Source: Desulfosudaceae bacterium
Lineage (GTDB): Bacteria; Desulfobacterota; Desulfobacteria; Desulfobacterales; Desulfosudaceae
NCBI GenBank assembly: GCA_963674745.2
Contig: CAXXDV010000001.1
Span: 2,112,001-2,176,000 of the forward strand
Direction: 5' to 3'
Length of the DNA stretch: 64,000 nt
Of the stretch, positions 27,124-37,905 are shown piece after piece. The notes under the pieces were generated by a model that saw only the letters and a list, made by a program, of their open reading frames with translations, ran no database searches and was not told where the DNA came from. A program made the translations under genes and the position numbers. Position 1 is the stretch's first letter; every line of letters begins with the position of its first letter.

Positions 27124-28065
27124 ATGCAGTTCGGCCATCCACCCGTTATGCTGAAGGAAGCGGTTGACTCCCTCAACTGCAGCAGGGGGATGGCTGTTGC
27201 TGACTGCACGATCGGCGGTGCCGGTCATTCCCGATTGATTGCCGAACGGATCCTGCCCGGCGGCTTTTTAATCGGAATCGACAGGGACGCTGACGCCCTG
27301 ACCGCGGCACGGGAACGGCTGCGGGAATGGGCGCCGGAAGAAGTCTGCCTGGTTCAAGATAATTACGCCAATTTTTCTGACATTCTCTCACGTATCGGTA
27401 TCGAAACCGTTGACGGCGTTCTGGTTGATCTGGGTGTTTCTTCTTATCAGTTAAAGAACAGCGGGCGCGGATTTTCATTCAATCTTGACGAGCCGCTGGA
27501 CATGCGGATGGATGTTCGCCAGCCCTTAACGGCCGAAAAAATCGTCAATAGTGCGAGTGAAGCCGAGCTGGCCGATATTTTTAAAAAATTTGGTGAGGAA
27601 CGATACGCCGTAAAAATCGCCCGCACGATTGTCCGTGCCCGTGAATCCGAAGCGATTAATTCCAGCAGCCGGTTGGCCCGTCTTGTGGAAAAGGCATACC
27701 CGGTCAAGTCCCGTTGGGCACTCAAGATCCATCCGGCGACACGGGTATTTATGGCATTGCGTATCGCCGTAAACGGCGAGCTGGATAATTTGAGCGTTTT
27801 TTTGGATCAGGTCCCGGATTGCCTGAAAAGCGGGGCCAGGCTTTGTATTCTGTCTTTTCATTCTCTGGAGGACAGAATCGTCAAGCAACGGATGCGGTTG
27901 TGGGAAAAAGATTGCCTCTGCCCGTCGGATTTGCCGGTTTGTTGTTGTGACAAGAAAAAAGAGTTTCGTCTTATTACGAGAAAAGCCATGGTGCCCGATG
28001 GGCCGGAAGTGGAAGAAAATCCCATGGCCAGAAGTACCCGCATGAGGGTTGCAGAGAAAATCTGA
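27124..28065 (+). CDS. rsmH: 16S rRNA m4C1402 methyltransferase
   Basis: HPPVM, DCTIGGAGHS, DLGVSSYQ, PLDMRMD, FHSLEDRIVK. Confidence 0.97.
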   Translation: MQFGHPPVMLKEAVDSLNCSRGMAVADCTIGGAGHSRLIAERILPGGFLIGIDRDADALTAARERLREWAPEEVCLVQDNYANFSDILSRIGIETVDGVLVDLGVSSYQLKNSGRGFSFNLDEPLDMRMDVRQPLTAEKIVNSASEAELADIFKKFGEERYAVKIARTIVRARESEAINSSSRLARLVEKAYPVKSRWALKIHPATRVFMALRIAVNGELDNLSVFLDQVPDCLKSGARLCILSFHSLEDRIVKQRMRLWEKDCLCPSDLPVCCCDKKKEFRLITRKAMVPDGPEVEENPMARSTRMRVAEKI

Positions 28066-28089
28066 GGCAAGGGGCACCGGGGTCGGGGA

Positions 28090-28386
28090 ATGAGAAGAAA
28101 AACCAGACATGATCGATACATCGTCAGGGTAACCGCCGTCTGGGTAGCGGTGGTAATGGCCTGTATCGTCGAGATTTTTTTTTATACCTGGTGCAGTGTG
28201 CAATGCACGCGGTTTAGGTATGAAATCGGGCGCCAGGAAAAAACGACGGAAAAGCTTGAGGCGGAAAAAAAAGAGTTGCGAATTGAAATGGCCATGCTCA
28301 AGTCTCCGGCGAGAATTATGGGAATCGCCAGAGACCGGCTCGGCATGGTGGTCCCAAAAACAGATCAGGTGATTATTGTCCCATGA
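28090..28386 (+). CDS. ftsL: Cell division protein FtsL
   Basis: TM, coiled coil and 'SPARI..IAR..LGM..P'; lies between rsmH and ftsI. Confidence 0.88.
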   Translation: MRRKTRHDRYIVRVTAVWVAVVMACIVEIFFYTWCSVQCTRFRYEIGRQEKTTEKLEAEKKELRIEMAMLKSPARIMGIARDRLGMVVPKTDQVIIVP

Positions 28387-30143
28387 AATACAGCCGCAAA
28401 AAAAGAGAACCCGGAAAGATCAAGCTGCGGATCATTCTGGTGGGCGTCTTTTTCAGCCTGCTGTATATCGTCATTGCCGGGCGGGTTGTATATCTGCAGG
28501 TGTTCCGCGGTGAGATGCTGGCCGGCAGGGCATACCGTGAATACTATCGCACCTGTGTAACCTCGGGTAAACGGGGAACTGTTTTTGACAGGAACCACAA
28601 CGAGATGGCGGTCACGGTCGATGCCATGTCCATCGGCCTTCATCCTTCAGAAATTCCTGATGTCAATCAAGTGCTGCCGGAACTGGCCAGGGCGGTAAAC
28701 ATTGGGGTTGATGATCTCGGCAAAAAGTTAAATTCCAACCGATCTTTTGTCTGGTTAAAACGAAAAATGACGGATGATGAGGTCGCCGCAGTCCGACAGA
28801 TCGGTCTGCCGGCCAAAGCGATTGAATATATTCCGGCGCATAAAAGGGTTTATCCGAACAATTCCCTGGCGGCCCAGTTGATCGGATTTACCGGTGTCGA
28901 CGGTATCGGGATGGAAGGCATTGAATATGAATGGGAAAAAGAGCTTTGCGGGAATACCGTCAGCCGAACGGTCTTAATGGATGCCCGCAAGCGCTATCTG
29001 GGTAACGGCGACGAGCAGGCGGGTAAAGCCGATGGTAATGATGTCATTCTTACCATCGACAGTGCCATTCAGTATATTACCGAAGCCGCGCTGGAGGAAG
29101 CCGTGGTTTCGGCCGAAGCGATATCGGGTATGGCCATCGTGATGGACCCTCAAACGGGTGAGATACTGGCCATGGCCAACTACCCTTATTTTAACCTGAA
29201 CAATTACCGCCAATACAGCCGGGATTTATGGCGGAACCGGATTGTGACCGATGCCTTTGAACCGGGATCGATTATGAAGGTTTTTCTGGCGGCCGGGTCA
29301 ATTGAATCGGGCTTGTGCACGCCGGATTCGGTTTTTTTCTGTGAAGAAGGTGAATACCTGATCGACGGCCATTGTATTCATGACTCCCATGAGAACGGGT
29401 GGCTGACGATGCGTGAAATCATAAAAATTTCCAGCAACATCGGCGCCGTAAAAATTAGTGAGCGGATCGGACGCAAGAATTTATGGGAGACGTTGCGGCG
29501 GTTCGGCTTTGATTCCCGGCCGGATATTGCATGCCCCGGTGGAACTGGCGGCTTACTTTCGTTTTACACCCAATGGACGACGGTCGATACCAGCGCGATT
29601 GCTTTTGGCCAGGGCGTATCCGCTTCGGCGGTTCAACTGGTTACGGCTGTTTCCGCGATCGCCAACGGCGGACTGCTGTTGAAACCTTACGTGGTCAGCG
29701 CGACGACAGAACCCGACGGCCGGATTGTTCAATATAGAGAACGTAAAGTTATTCGACGGGTTATTTCCGAACAGACAGCCGCTTGCTTAAAAGAAATGAT
29801 GGCCGAAGTGACAAGCGAGGGCGGTACCGGCGCAAAAGCCGCTATAGACGGCTATACGGTATGCGGAAAAACAGGGACCGCTCAGAAACTGAATGAAGAG
29901 GGGCAATATACCGACAAAGATTACGTGGCTTCATTTCTCGGTTTCGCGCCGTTTAACAATCCCCGGATGGCTGTTCTGGTGGTGGTGAATTCACCCCGAA
30001 AGGGCTATTACGGCGGGATTGTCGCGGCCCCGGCATTCAAAAAAATCGTTCATGAAGCACTTAATTATTTCGGTGTACCGCCGGAGAGGAAAAATACCGG
30101 AGAAAACCTGATGGCGCTGGTCAAACAGGAGGCCAAGCGATGA
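28383..30143 (+). CDS. ftsI: Peptidoglycan transpeptidase FtsI (PBP3)
   Basis: RGTVFDRN, EPGSIMK (SxxK), SSN, KTGTAQK. Confidence 0.95.
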   Translation: MKYSRKKREPGKIKLRIILVGVFFSLLYIVIAGRVVYLQVFRGEMLAGRAYREYYRTCVTSGKRGTVFDRNHNEMAVTVDAMSIGLHPSEIPDVNQVLPELARAVNIGVDDLGKKLNSNRSFVWLKRKMTDDEVAAVRQIGLPAKAIEYIPAHKRVYPNNSLAAQLIGFTGVDGIGMEGIEYEWEKELCGNTVSRTVLMDARKRYLGNGDEQAGKADGNDVILTIDSAIQYITEAALEEAVVSAEAISGMAIVMDPQTGEILAMANYPYFNLNNYRQYSRDLWRNRIVTDAFEPGSIMKVFLAAGSIESGLCTPDSVFFCEEGEYLIDGHCIHDSHENGWLTMREIIKISSNIGAVKISERIGRKNLWETLRRFGFDSRPDIACPGGTGGLLSFYTQWTTVDTSAIAFGQGVSASAVQLVTAVSAIANGGLLLKPYVVSATTEPDGRIVQYRERKVIRRVISEQTAACLKEMMAEVTSEGGTGAKAAIDGYTVCGKTGTAQKLNEEGQYTDKDYVASFLGFAPFNNPRMAVLVVVNSPRKGYYGGIVAAPAFKKIVHEALNYFGVPPERKNTGENLMALVKQEAKR

Positions 30144-31717
30144 GGCTGTCCAGACTGCTCCAGGCTGCCTGTCCTCGACGGGTTATTGGAAATGGACTCG
30201 CCAACGGAGGGGTGTTGTCGGATCCGGAAGTCACGTCGATTCATTGCCGGTCCGATAATGTCCGGCCGGGCGGTGTTTTTGTCGCTCTGACAGGCCAGCA
30301 CGCCGACGGAAATGATTATATCGATGAGGCCCTGGCCAGGGGCGCGGTGGCCGTTGTAACGGAAAAATCGGATATTGATAATGCCATCGTCGCCCAGGTT
30401 GAGAACGCCAGAAAAGCGCTGGCACTGATGTCGGCGACTTTTTACGGAAAGCCCGCCGAAGCGCTGATAATGATTGGTGTAACAGGAACCAACGGGAAAA
30501 CCACCAGCGTCGCTTTGATCGAAAGCATCCTCAGGGCAAAGGGTATTGCTGTCGGCGTTATTGGAACGGAAAATTATCGTTACCACGGAAAAACGTTTGC
30601 CAATCCGTTAACGACGCCGGAATCGATCGACCTCCAAAGGATTCTGGCGGATATGGTTGCGTCGGGAGTTACCCACGTTGTCATGGAAGTGTCGTCCCAT
30701 GCGCTGGCCCAGCAACGGGTCGACGGATGCGCCTATGATGTGGCGGTTTTTACGAACCTGACCCAGGATCATCTGGACTATCATAAAGACATGGAAAATT
30801 ACTGGGTCTGCAAACAACTGTTGTTCACCCACTACCTGGGGCTCAGCTTTAAAAAGGAAAAAACCGCGGCGGTCATCAATTGTAATGACGCCCGGGGACG
30901 GCAGTTGTCAGGACGGTTAAAAGATACCCGTGTGATCTGTGTCGGGGATAACGATGACTGTTCGGTCGCACCGATCGATATCCGGTACACCCCCGACGGT
31001 ATTTTTGGCGATATCAGAACGCCTGTCGGCACGCTGTGTGTCCGGTCACTTTTAGCCGGTCACTATAATCTTGAAAATATTCTGTGCGCAGTCGGCGTGG
31101 CAGTCGCCCTGGGCGTTGAAAACGATATCACCCGTTCCGGTATCGAGGCGTTTTCCGGTGTGCCCGGAAGACTGGAGTCCGTCTCCAATCATCTGGATCG
31201 ATATGTGTATGTGGATTATGCCCACACCCCCGATGCCCTGGCCAATGTGCTGACTACCGTTCGGGCCATTACACCCGACCGGTTGTTTTGTGTTTTCGGC
31301 TGTGGCGGTGACCGGGACAGAAAAAAACGCCCCCAAATGGGAAAGATCGCTGTCGCTATGGCGGACCGGGTGGTGATTACTTCCGATAACCCCCGGTCTG
31401 AAGATCCGGCCGATATTATTAACGATATATTGGTCGGTGTCGAAGAAACCGCTTTACCGGCCATAGATTTTCAGGACCTCGGCCGACCGGATGTTGGTAA
31501 ACGATACCTGGTTGAACCTGACCGGGCCAGGGGCATCGCCGCGGCGATGATGGCATCCCGGCCGGGCGACGCTGTTGTAATTGCCGGAAAGGGCAGCGAA
31601 CCTTACCAGATATTAAAAGACGAAACCATAGATTTTGATGACCGGCTGGAGGCACGAAAAGCCTTGCAGCTGCTTGATGAAAAACGTCAACCGCATATGG
31701 GTATGTGCGCGACATGA
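30140..31717 (+). CDS. murE: UDP-MurNAc-tripeptide synthetase (meso-DAP type)
   Basis: GTNGKTT, MEVSSH, DYAHTPD, DNPR. Confidence 0.97.
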   Translation: MRLSRLLQAACPRRVIGNGLANGGVLSDPEVTSIHCRSDNVRPGGVFVALTGQHADGNDYIDEALARGAVAVVTEKSDIDNAIVAQVENARKALALMSATFYGKPAEALIMIGVTGTNGKTTSVALIESILRAKGIAVGVIGTENYRYHGKTFANPLTTPESIDLQRILADMVASGVTHVVMEVSSHALAQQRVDGCAYDVAVFTNLTQDHLDYHKDMENYWVCKQLLFTHYLGLSFKKEKTAAVINCNDARGRQLSGRLKDTRVICVGDNDDCSVAPIDIRYTPDGIFGDIRTPVGTLCVRSLLAGHYNLENILCAVGVAVALGVENDITRSGIEAFSGVPGRLESVSNHLDRYVYVDYAHTPDALANVLTTVRAITPDRLFCVFGCGGDRDRKKRPQMGKIAVAMADRVVITSDNPRSEDPADIINDILVGVEETALPAIDFQDLGRPDVGKRYLVEPDRARGIAAAMMASRPGDAVVIAGKGSEPYQILKDETIDFDDRLEARKALQLLDEKRQPHMGMCAT

Positions 31718-31739
31718 TGTGTCGTAAGGATGAAGGCAG

Positions 31740-33179
31740 ATGGCGGGAAAAATGGTGTGGACAGGGCCGGACGTACTGGCGGCAATCGGCGGAAAGCTGG
31801 TTAGCGGCACCGGCGACTTTTTTTTCAGCGGGGTGTCGACCGATTCCCGCGCCATTGTCCCGTCTGAGTTGTTTCTGGCGATTAAAGGGCAAACGTATGA
31901 TGCCCATGATTACATAAAAGATGTTCTGGAAAAGGGAGTATCGGGGTTTGTTGTCGCAAAGACATGCCGGCCGGCGACTGTTGGGCGAATCAAGACGGCC
32001 GGCGGTCTTTGCATCGAAGTTGATGATACCGTCCGGGCGCTGGGTGCGCTGGCCCGTTACCGGCGCCGACAGACAGGCCTGATTGTCGTGGCGATTACCG
32101 GCAGTAACGGTAAGACGTCGACCAAGGAGATGACCGCCCGGGTGCTGGAACAGCGATACCGGGTTCTGGCCACGGCAGGTAATTTTAATAACGAAATCGG
32201 CCTGCCGCTGACGCTGTTGCGGCTGGAAGATTCGCATCAGGTGGCCGTGCTGGAGATGGGAATGAACGCACCCGGCGAGATCGCCCGTTTGACCGGTATC
32301 TGCGAACCGGATGTGGGTGTGGTGCTGAATGTCGGGCAGGGACATCTGGCCGGTCTGGGCGATATTGAAAATGTGGCCCGGGCCAAAGGAGAGTTGATCG
32401 AAGTAATGGGTAAAAACGGTGCCTCGGTGCTGAATGCGGATGACCCGCGGGTTATCAGGATGGCTGAACGAGCCGCCGGTCGGGTGGTGACGTTCGGGGT
32501 TGACGCCGACAGCGACGTCAGCGCGCTGAATTGCCGGCCGGAAGGCACGGGTTATGCTTTTGATTTGCTGATGCCCGATGCGGATTCTGCTGTTTCCGTC
32601 CGTCTGACCAGCTGTGGCCGTCATCTGGTATCAGGCGCTCTGGCCGCCGCCGCGGTGGGAAAACTGATGGATGTGCCGACGGCCGATATTGTCAAGGGCC
32701 TGGAACAATTTACCCCCGTCAGCGGGCGCATGACGGTTATCAGGACAAAGGCCGGATTTTACGTGGTGGATGATACCTATAATGCCAATCCCGATTCAAT
32801 GCGGGTTGCGATAGAAACGTTAAAAGGATTAAGCGGACAAAAGGCCGGGTTTCTGGTCCTGGGCGATATGTTTGAACTGGGCGAGCAGGCCGCCTCCATG
32901 CACCGGCTGGTCGGTCAATGGGCGGCCCAAAGCGGTGCGGCCGGGCTTTTTGCCGTCGGTGAGAACGCCAGAAAAATGGCCGAAGGTGCGATCGGTGCGG
33001 GCATGAAAAAAAAGAAAATTTTTACCGGAGAAAAGCAAGAGGTTGCGGCCGCATTGTCGGCTTCTGTAAGTCCGGGGGACTGGATTCTTGTCAAGGGGTC
33101 AAGAGGCATGGCCATGGAAACAGTAGTCGCCGCCATCGTGGAGACCGGCGGCGGAGCAGCGGAAAAGCCGGAGGGGTAA
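31740..33179 (+). CDS. murF: UDP-MurNAc-pentapeptide synthetase
   Basis: GSNGKTSTKE, NNEIGLP, EMGM, DTYNANP, KGSRG. Confidence 0.97.
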   Translation: MAGKMVWTGPDVLAAIGGKLVSGTGDFFFSGVSTDSRAIVPSELFLAIKGQTYDAHDYIKDVLEKGVSGFVVAKTCRPATVGRIKTAGGLCIEVDDTVRALGALARYRRRQTGLIVVAITGSNGKTSTKEMTARVLEQRYRVLATAGNFNNEIGLPLTLLRLEDSHQVAVLEMGMNAPGEIARLTGICEPDVGVVLNVGQGHLAGLGDIENVARAKGELIEVMGKNGASVLNADDPRVIRMAERAAGRVVTFGVDADSDVSALNCRPEGTGYAFDLLMPDADSAVSVRLTSCGRHLVSGALAAAAVGKLMDVPTADIVKGLEQFTPVSGRMTVIRTKAGFYVVDDTYNANPDSMRVAIETLKGLSGQKAGFLVLGDMFELGEQAASMHRLVGQWAAQSGAAGLFAVGENARKMAEGAIGAGMKKKKIFTGEKQEVAAALSASVSPGDWILVKGSRGMAMETVVAAIVETGGGAAEKPEG

Positions 33180-33185
33180 GAAAAT

Positions 33186-34262
33186 ATGTTTTATAATTTG
33201 CTTTATCCGCTCCATGAACACATATCGTTTTTTAATATATTTCAATATATTACATTTCGGACGATATATGCCGCCGTGACCGGATTCATGATCGCTTACC
33301 TTTTTGGTCCGATGGCCATCCGATTGCTGACCCGGATGCAGATCGGCCAGTATATCCGAAAATGCGGTCCGGAAACACATCAGCAGAAGGCCGGAACACC
33401 AACCATGGGCGGCATTCTCATCATTCTGGCCGGTCTGGGGTCGAGTGTCCTCTGGGCCGATTTAACCAACCGCTATGTGCTGATCGTCATTGCGGCCACC
33501 CTGGCTTTCGGGCTGATCGGGTTTGTTGATGATTTTCAGAAAACCGTCAGAAAAAGAAACAAAGGCCTGTCAGGCTGGGCCAAGTTTACGATGCAGTGTG
33601 TGATGGCGCTGCTGGTCTGCCTCGCCATTCTCAAAGTCTCGGGTAATACCCGGCTGCTGGTACCGTTTTTGAAATCTTTTACGCCGGATCTGGGTTTGGC
33701 CTATGTGCTGTTCGGTATGTTTCTGGTCGTCGGATCGTCCAATGCCGTTAATCTGACGGACGGTCTGGACGGCCTGGCCACGGGCCCGCTGATCATATCG
33801 TATGTGGGGTACATGGGTTTTGCCTATGTGGCCGGTCACCTTATGATTTCAGATTACCTGCAGGTGACTTACGTGCCGGGCAGTGGTGAGGTGGCGGTAT
33901 GTTGCGGCGCCATGGCCGGCGCCTTGACCGGCTTTTTATGGTTCAACACCTATCCGGCGGAAATATTTATGGGTGATGTCGGATCTTTGCCCCTGGGTGG
34001 TTCGCTGGGAACGATAGCGGTCATTACCCGGCAGGAACTGCTGCTGGCACTGGTGGGCGGTATATTCGTCTTAGAAGCGCTGTCGGTAATTTTTCAGGTC
34101 GGATTTTTCAAAGCCACGCATGGAAAAAGAATTTTTCGCATGGCACCGTTGCATCACCATTTTGAATTAAAAGGGCTGGCTGAACCTAAAATTATTGTCA
34201 GGTTCTGGATCATCGCCATCGGCCTGGCGCTGGTCGCCTTGAGCACGCTGAAGATAAGGTAA
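33186..34262 (+). CDS. mraY: Phospho-MurNAc-pentapeptide translocase
   Basis: GTPTMGG, NAVNLTDGLDGLA, FMGD, APLHHHFE. Confidence 0.98.
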   Translation: MFYNLLYPLHEHISFFNIFQYITFRTIYAAVTGFMIAYLFGPMAIRLLTRMQIGQYIRKCGPETHQQKAGTPTMGGILIILAGLGSSVLWADLTNRYVLIVIAATLAFGLIGFVDDFQKTVRKRNKGLSGWAKFTMQCVMALLVCLAILKVSGNTRLLVPFLKSFTPDLGLAYVLFGMFLVVGSSNAVNLTDGLDGLATGPLIISYVGYMGFAYVAGHLMISDYLQVTYVPGSGEVAVCCGAMAGALTGFLWFNTYPAEIFMGDVGSLPLGGSLGTIAVITRQELLLALVGGIFVLEALSVIFQVGFFKATHGKRIFRMAPLHHHFELKGLAEPKIIVRFWIIAIGLALVALSTLKIR

Positions 34263-34273
34263 ATGGAGCGTTA

Positions 34274-35653
34274 ATGGAGATAGAGGGCAAAAAATTCCTG
34301 GTGGTCGGTCTGGGTGTATCCGGCTTTGCCGTGGCCCGTTTTTTAAAACGGCGGGGCGGTAATGTCACGATTACCGACAGAGCGCCGGCGAGTGAACTGC
34401 AGCAGTACCTGGCCGATGCCGAGGCGCTGGATGTCGGCCTGGAACTGGGCGGTCACACGGAGCAATCCTTTACAACGGCTGATTTCATAATTGTCAGCCC
34501 CGGTGTGCCGTTGACAATAGCGCCATTAAAGGCGGCCGCGGAAGCGAATGTGCCGATTATGGGAGAGATCGAACTGGCCGCCGGCCTTATCTCTAAACCC
34601 ATTGTGGCGATTACCGGCACCAATGGCAAAACAACCGTGACCACAATGGTGGGGGACATGCTCAAACAGTCCGGAAAACACGTCTTTGTGGGCGGCAATA
34701 TCGGCAAACCCCTGATCAGTTTTGTCGATAAGGGTGAAAACGCCGATGTGGCGGTGGTGGAAATAAGCAGTTTTCAGCTGGATGGCCTTTACGGTTTAAA
34801 GCCGGCCGTTGCCGTTCTGCTGAATATCGCCGAAGACCATCTTGACCGCTATGATGATTTCGATGCCTATATTGAGTCCAAGGGAAAACTTTTCGCCGCC
34901 CAGGAGGAAGGCGACGCGGCTGTCCTGAACGGTTCTGATTTTCATGTGTTAAAGGCGGCAAAAAACGCCAGGAGCAGGAAATTTTATTTTAACAGCGGGC
35001 AGAACATCAGCAACGGGGCAGTGGCTACCGGGGACGGCCTTGATGTTCTGGAGGATGGCAACCTGATTGCCAGGCTGGTCATCCGTCAGCCTTATCTGCG
35101 AGCGCCGCATAATTTTGAGAACGTATCAGCGGCTGTGCTGGCGGCGATTTTGTCCGGCGGGACAGCTGAAGGTATTCAGGCGGCAATAGATGATTTCCGT
35201 GGTCTTCCCCACCGCCTGGAATATGTGGCTTCCGTCGATAAGGTGGCCTACTACAATGATTCCAAGGCGACAAACCCGGATGCCGTCAGGCGGGCGCTGG
35301 AATGGTTTTCCTGCCCGGTTGTGCTGCTGATGGGCGGACTGGACAAGGGGTGTGATTACGGTGTGTTAAGGAATGTCATCCGGGAGCATGCCCGGGCAAT
35401 CGTTCTTTTCGGGTCGGCCCGGGGAAAAATTAAGATGTCACTGAACGGCGCCGTGCCGGTGTGGGCCGAAGACACCCTCGCCAGGGCGGTAAACCGGGCC
35501 AGGTCTGTGGCTGAAGCGGGTGATGTGGTGCTATTGTCTCCGGCCTGTGCCAGTTTTGACGCATATGAAAATTACGCCCGGCGGGGAGACGATTTTCGAC
35601 AAATCGTGAATGATTTAAAAGAGGATAATAATGCAGCTGTCCAGGAAAAGTGA
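34274..35653 (+). CDS. murD: UDP-MurNAc-L-Ala:D-Glu ligase
   Basis: GLGVSG, GTNGKTT, EISSFQL, NDSKATN, SPACASFD. Confidence 0.97.
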   Translation: MEIEGKKFLVVGLGVSGFAVARFLKRRGGNVTITDRAPASELQQYLADAEALDVGLELGGHTEQSFTTADFIIVSPGVPLTIAPLKAAAEANVPIMGEIELAAGLISKPIVAITGTNGKTTVTTMVGDMLKQSGKHVFVGGNIGKPLISFVDKGENADVAVVEISSFQLDGLYGLKPAVAVLLNIAEDHLDRYDDFDAYIESKGKLFAAQEEGDAAVLNGSDFHVLKAAKNARSRKFYFNSGQNISNGAVATGDGLDVLEDGNLIARLVIRQPYLRAPHNFENVSAAVLAAILSGGTAEGIQAAIDDFRGLPHRLEYVASVDKVAYYNDSKATNPDAVRRALEWFSCPVVLLMGGLDKGCDYGVLRNVIREHARAIVLFGSARGKIKMSLNGAVPVWAEDTLARAVNRARSVAEAGDVVLLSPACASFDAYENYARRGDDFRQIVNDLKEDNNAAVQEK

Positions 35654-36746
35654 GCATCCGCTATATTTTGATGCTTTTTTGCTGTTTCCGGTACTGATAC
35701 TGACGGGAATCGGTGTCCTCATGGTGTACAGCGCCAGTTCAAGCATTGCCGCGGACAAATTCGGTGACAGCGCCTATTTTTTAAAAAAGCAGATGCTTTT
35801 TGCCCTGGTCGGGGTCAGCCTGATGATTCTGTTCAGATATTTGAATTATCGCCTGCTGCGTGTTCTGGCCTATGTTATTCTGGCCGGCGCTTTTGCCCTG
35901 CTGGCGGCTGTACATGTCAACGGGGTCGGATTTTCAGCCAACGGTGCCACTCGATGGCTGCGTTTGTTCGGATATTCCTTTCAACCGTCGGTAATGGCCG
36001 AATACGCCCTGATCATATACCTGGCCTATTCGCTGAACAAGAAGCAGGAAAACCTGGATGCGTTTTCCATCGGCTTCCTGCCCCATGTCTTTGTTTTCGG
36101 CGCGCTGGCCGTCTTGATCCTGTCGCAGCCGGATTTCGGTTCGGTGGTCGTTTTCGGGCTGATTACCTGGGTCATGCTGTTTGTGGCCGGAACAAGGCTG
36201 ATGCACTTGTTTACGTCGCTGATCTTTTTATTACCCCCGGCGATTTATTACATGGTTAAGGCGGATTACCGGCTGAGCCGGCTGACAAGTTTTCTTGATC
36301 CCTGGAGATACCAGTATGACAGCGGATACCAGATTGTTCATTCATTCATGGCCTTTGGCACCGGGGGGATATGGGGTACCGGCATCGGTCAGGGGTGCCA
36401 GAAACTTTATTATCTGCCGGAACCGCATACGGATTTTATTTTTTCGGTTATCGGTGAAGAACTGGGGTTATGGGGCGTGATGTTGATTCTGATTCTGTTT
36501 ATGACGCTTTTGTGGCGCGGCATCGTCATCTCCGGATCGGCGGCCGACCGGTTTGGCACCCTGTTGGCCCTGGGGTTAACGGCCGCCATCAGCTTCCAGG
36601 TGTTTGTCAACACCGGTGTGGCCGTCGGCATTTTACCCACAAAAGGCATAACATTACCCTTTCTCAGTTACGGGGGGACGTCACTGGTTTTTAACCTGGC
36701 GGCCGTCGGCGTGCTGATGAACATCGGACATAAGCGTGATGCGTGA
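35631..36746 (+). CDS. ftsW: SEDS glycosyltransferase FtsW
   Basis: MVYSAS, QPDFG, LPEPHTDFIF, PFLSYGGTS. Confidence 0.96.
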   Translation: MQLSRKSEHPLYFDAFLLFPVLILTGIGVLMVYSASSSIAADKFGDSAYFLKKQMLFALVGVSLMILFRYLNYRLLRVLAYVILAGAFALLAAVHVNGVGFSANGATRWLRLFGYSFQPSVMAEYALIIYLAYSLNKKQENLDAFSIGFLPHVFVFGALAVLILSQPDFGSVVVFGLITWVMLFVAGTRLMHLFTSLIFLLPPAIYYMVKADYRLSRLTSFLDPWRYQYDSGYQIVHSFMAFGTGGIWGTGIGQGCQKLYYLPEPHTDFIFSVIGEELGLWGVMLILILFMTLLWRGIVISGSAADRFGTLLALGLTAAISFQVFVNTGVAVGILPTKGITLPFLSYGGTSLVFNLAAVGVLMNIGHKRDA

Positions 36747-36750
36747 TGAT

Positions 36751-37905
36751 ATGAAAACAAAAAACGTTATGGCGGAAGGGCCGCGGGTAATTATTGCCGG
36801 CGGTGCCACGGGCGGACACCTCTTCCCGGGGATCGCCATAGCCGAACAATTGCGTGAGGCGCGGCCTTCCAGCCGGGTGATGTTTGTCAGTACCGGTACC
36901 GCTATCGAGAAACGTGTTCTGCCGAAGACCGGATTTGACTTTAAACGCATTGCCTCAGAAGGAATAAAAGGCCGGAGCCGGGTCGCCCGGGTGCGCGCCC
37001 TGGCCAAGCTGGCGGTAGGTATCTTTGTCGGGGCCGGATTGATCCGGAAATTCAAACCGGACCTGATTGTCGGGATGGGAAGTTACTCGTCGGCGCCGAT
37101 TGTTATCAGTGGCTGGCTTCTGGGCGTTCCCATCGCACTGCACGAACAGAACGCCCTTCCGGGAATAACCAACCGGATGCTGTCCCGACTGGCCGACAGG
37201 GTGTTTGTTTCTTTTTCGAAATCAGCCGGAATATGGCCCGCGGAAAAAGTAAGAGTCACCGGTAATCCGGTACGAAAGGATATCCTGCTGGCCATGGACA
37301 ACAACAAAACCGGAAAAACCGGCAAAGCGGCGGCGTTTACCGTTATGGTTATCGGCGGCAGTCAGGGCGCCAGTAAAATCAATCAGGCGGTGACCGGTGC
37401 GCTGGCCGGTTTAACGGGAAAAGAGCACCTGTTTTTTATTCATCAGACGGGTGAGGCGGATGAAGCAGCGGTTCGCCTGGCCTATCAGCAGCAAGGCGTT
37501 GCGTGCCTGGTACAGTCCTTTTTTGACGATATGGCTGCCTGCTATACCCGGGCGGATTTTCTTATCTGTCGTGCCGGGGCGACCACGGTGGCTGAAATTG
37601 TCTGCCTGGGTAAACCGGGAATCCTGGTACCGTTCCCTTACGCGGCTGACGATCATCAGACCGAGAACGCCAGGGCGCTGAAAGAAGCCGGCGGCGTGGA
37701 GCTGATCCAGGAAAGCGAGCTAACGGAACAGGTGGTCGCGGAAAAAGTGTCGTACTACGCCGCCCACCGTTCATTGCTAAAGGAAATGGGCGAGAAACTG
37801 AAGGCTATCGGCAAGCCGGAAGCGGGAAAAATCATAGCCGAAGAATGCCTGAACCTGATGGCCAATGTGAAAAAACGGAGGTCGTTTATTTACGCATGTA
37901 TTTAA
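36751..37905 (+). CDS. murG: MurG glycosyltransferase (start uncertain, 36736-36769)
   Basis: GATGGHLFP, HEQN, GNPVR, GGSQGA, RAGATT. Confidence 0.97.
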   Translation: MKTKNVMAEGPRVIIAGGATGGHLFPGIAIAEQLREARPSSRVMFVSTGTAIEKRVLPKTGFDFKRIASEGIKGRSRVARVRALAKLAVGIFVGAGLIRKFKPDLIVGMGSYSSAPIVISGWLLGVPIALHEQNALPGITNRMLSRLADRVFVSFSKSAGIWPAEKVRVTGNPVRKDILLAMDNNKTGKTGKAAAFTVMVIGGSQGASKINQAVTGALAGLTGKEHLFFIHQTGEADEAAVRLAYQQQGVACLVQSFFDDMAACYTRADFLICRAGATTVAEIVCLGKPGILVPFPYAADDHQTENARALKEAGGVELIQESELTEQVVAEKVSYYAAHRSLLKEMGEKLKAIGKPEAGKIIAEECLNLMANVKKRRSFIYACI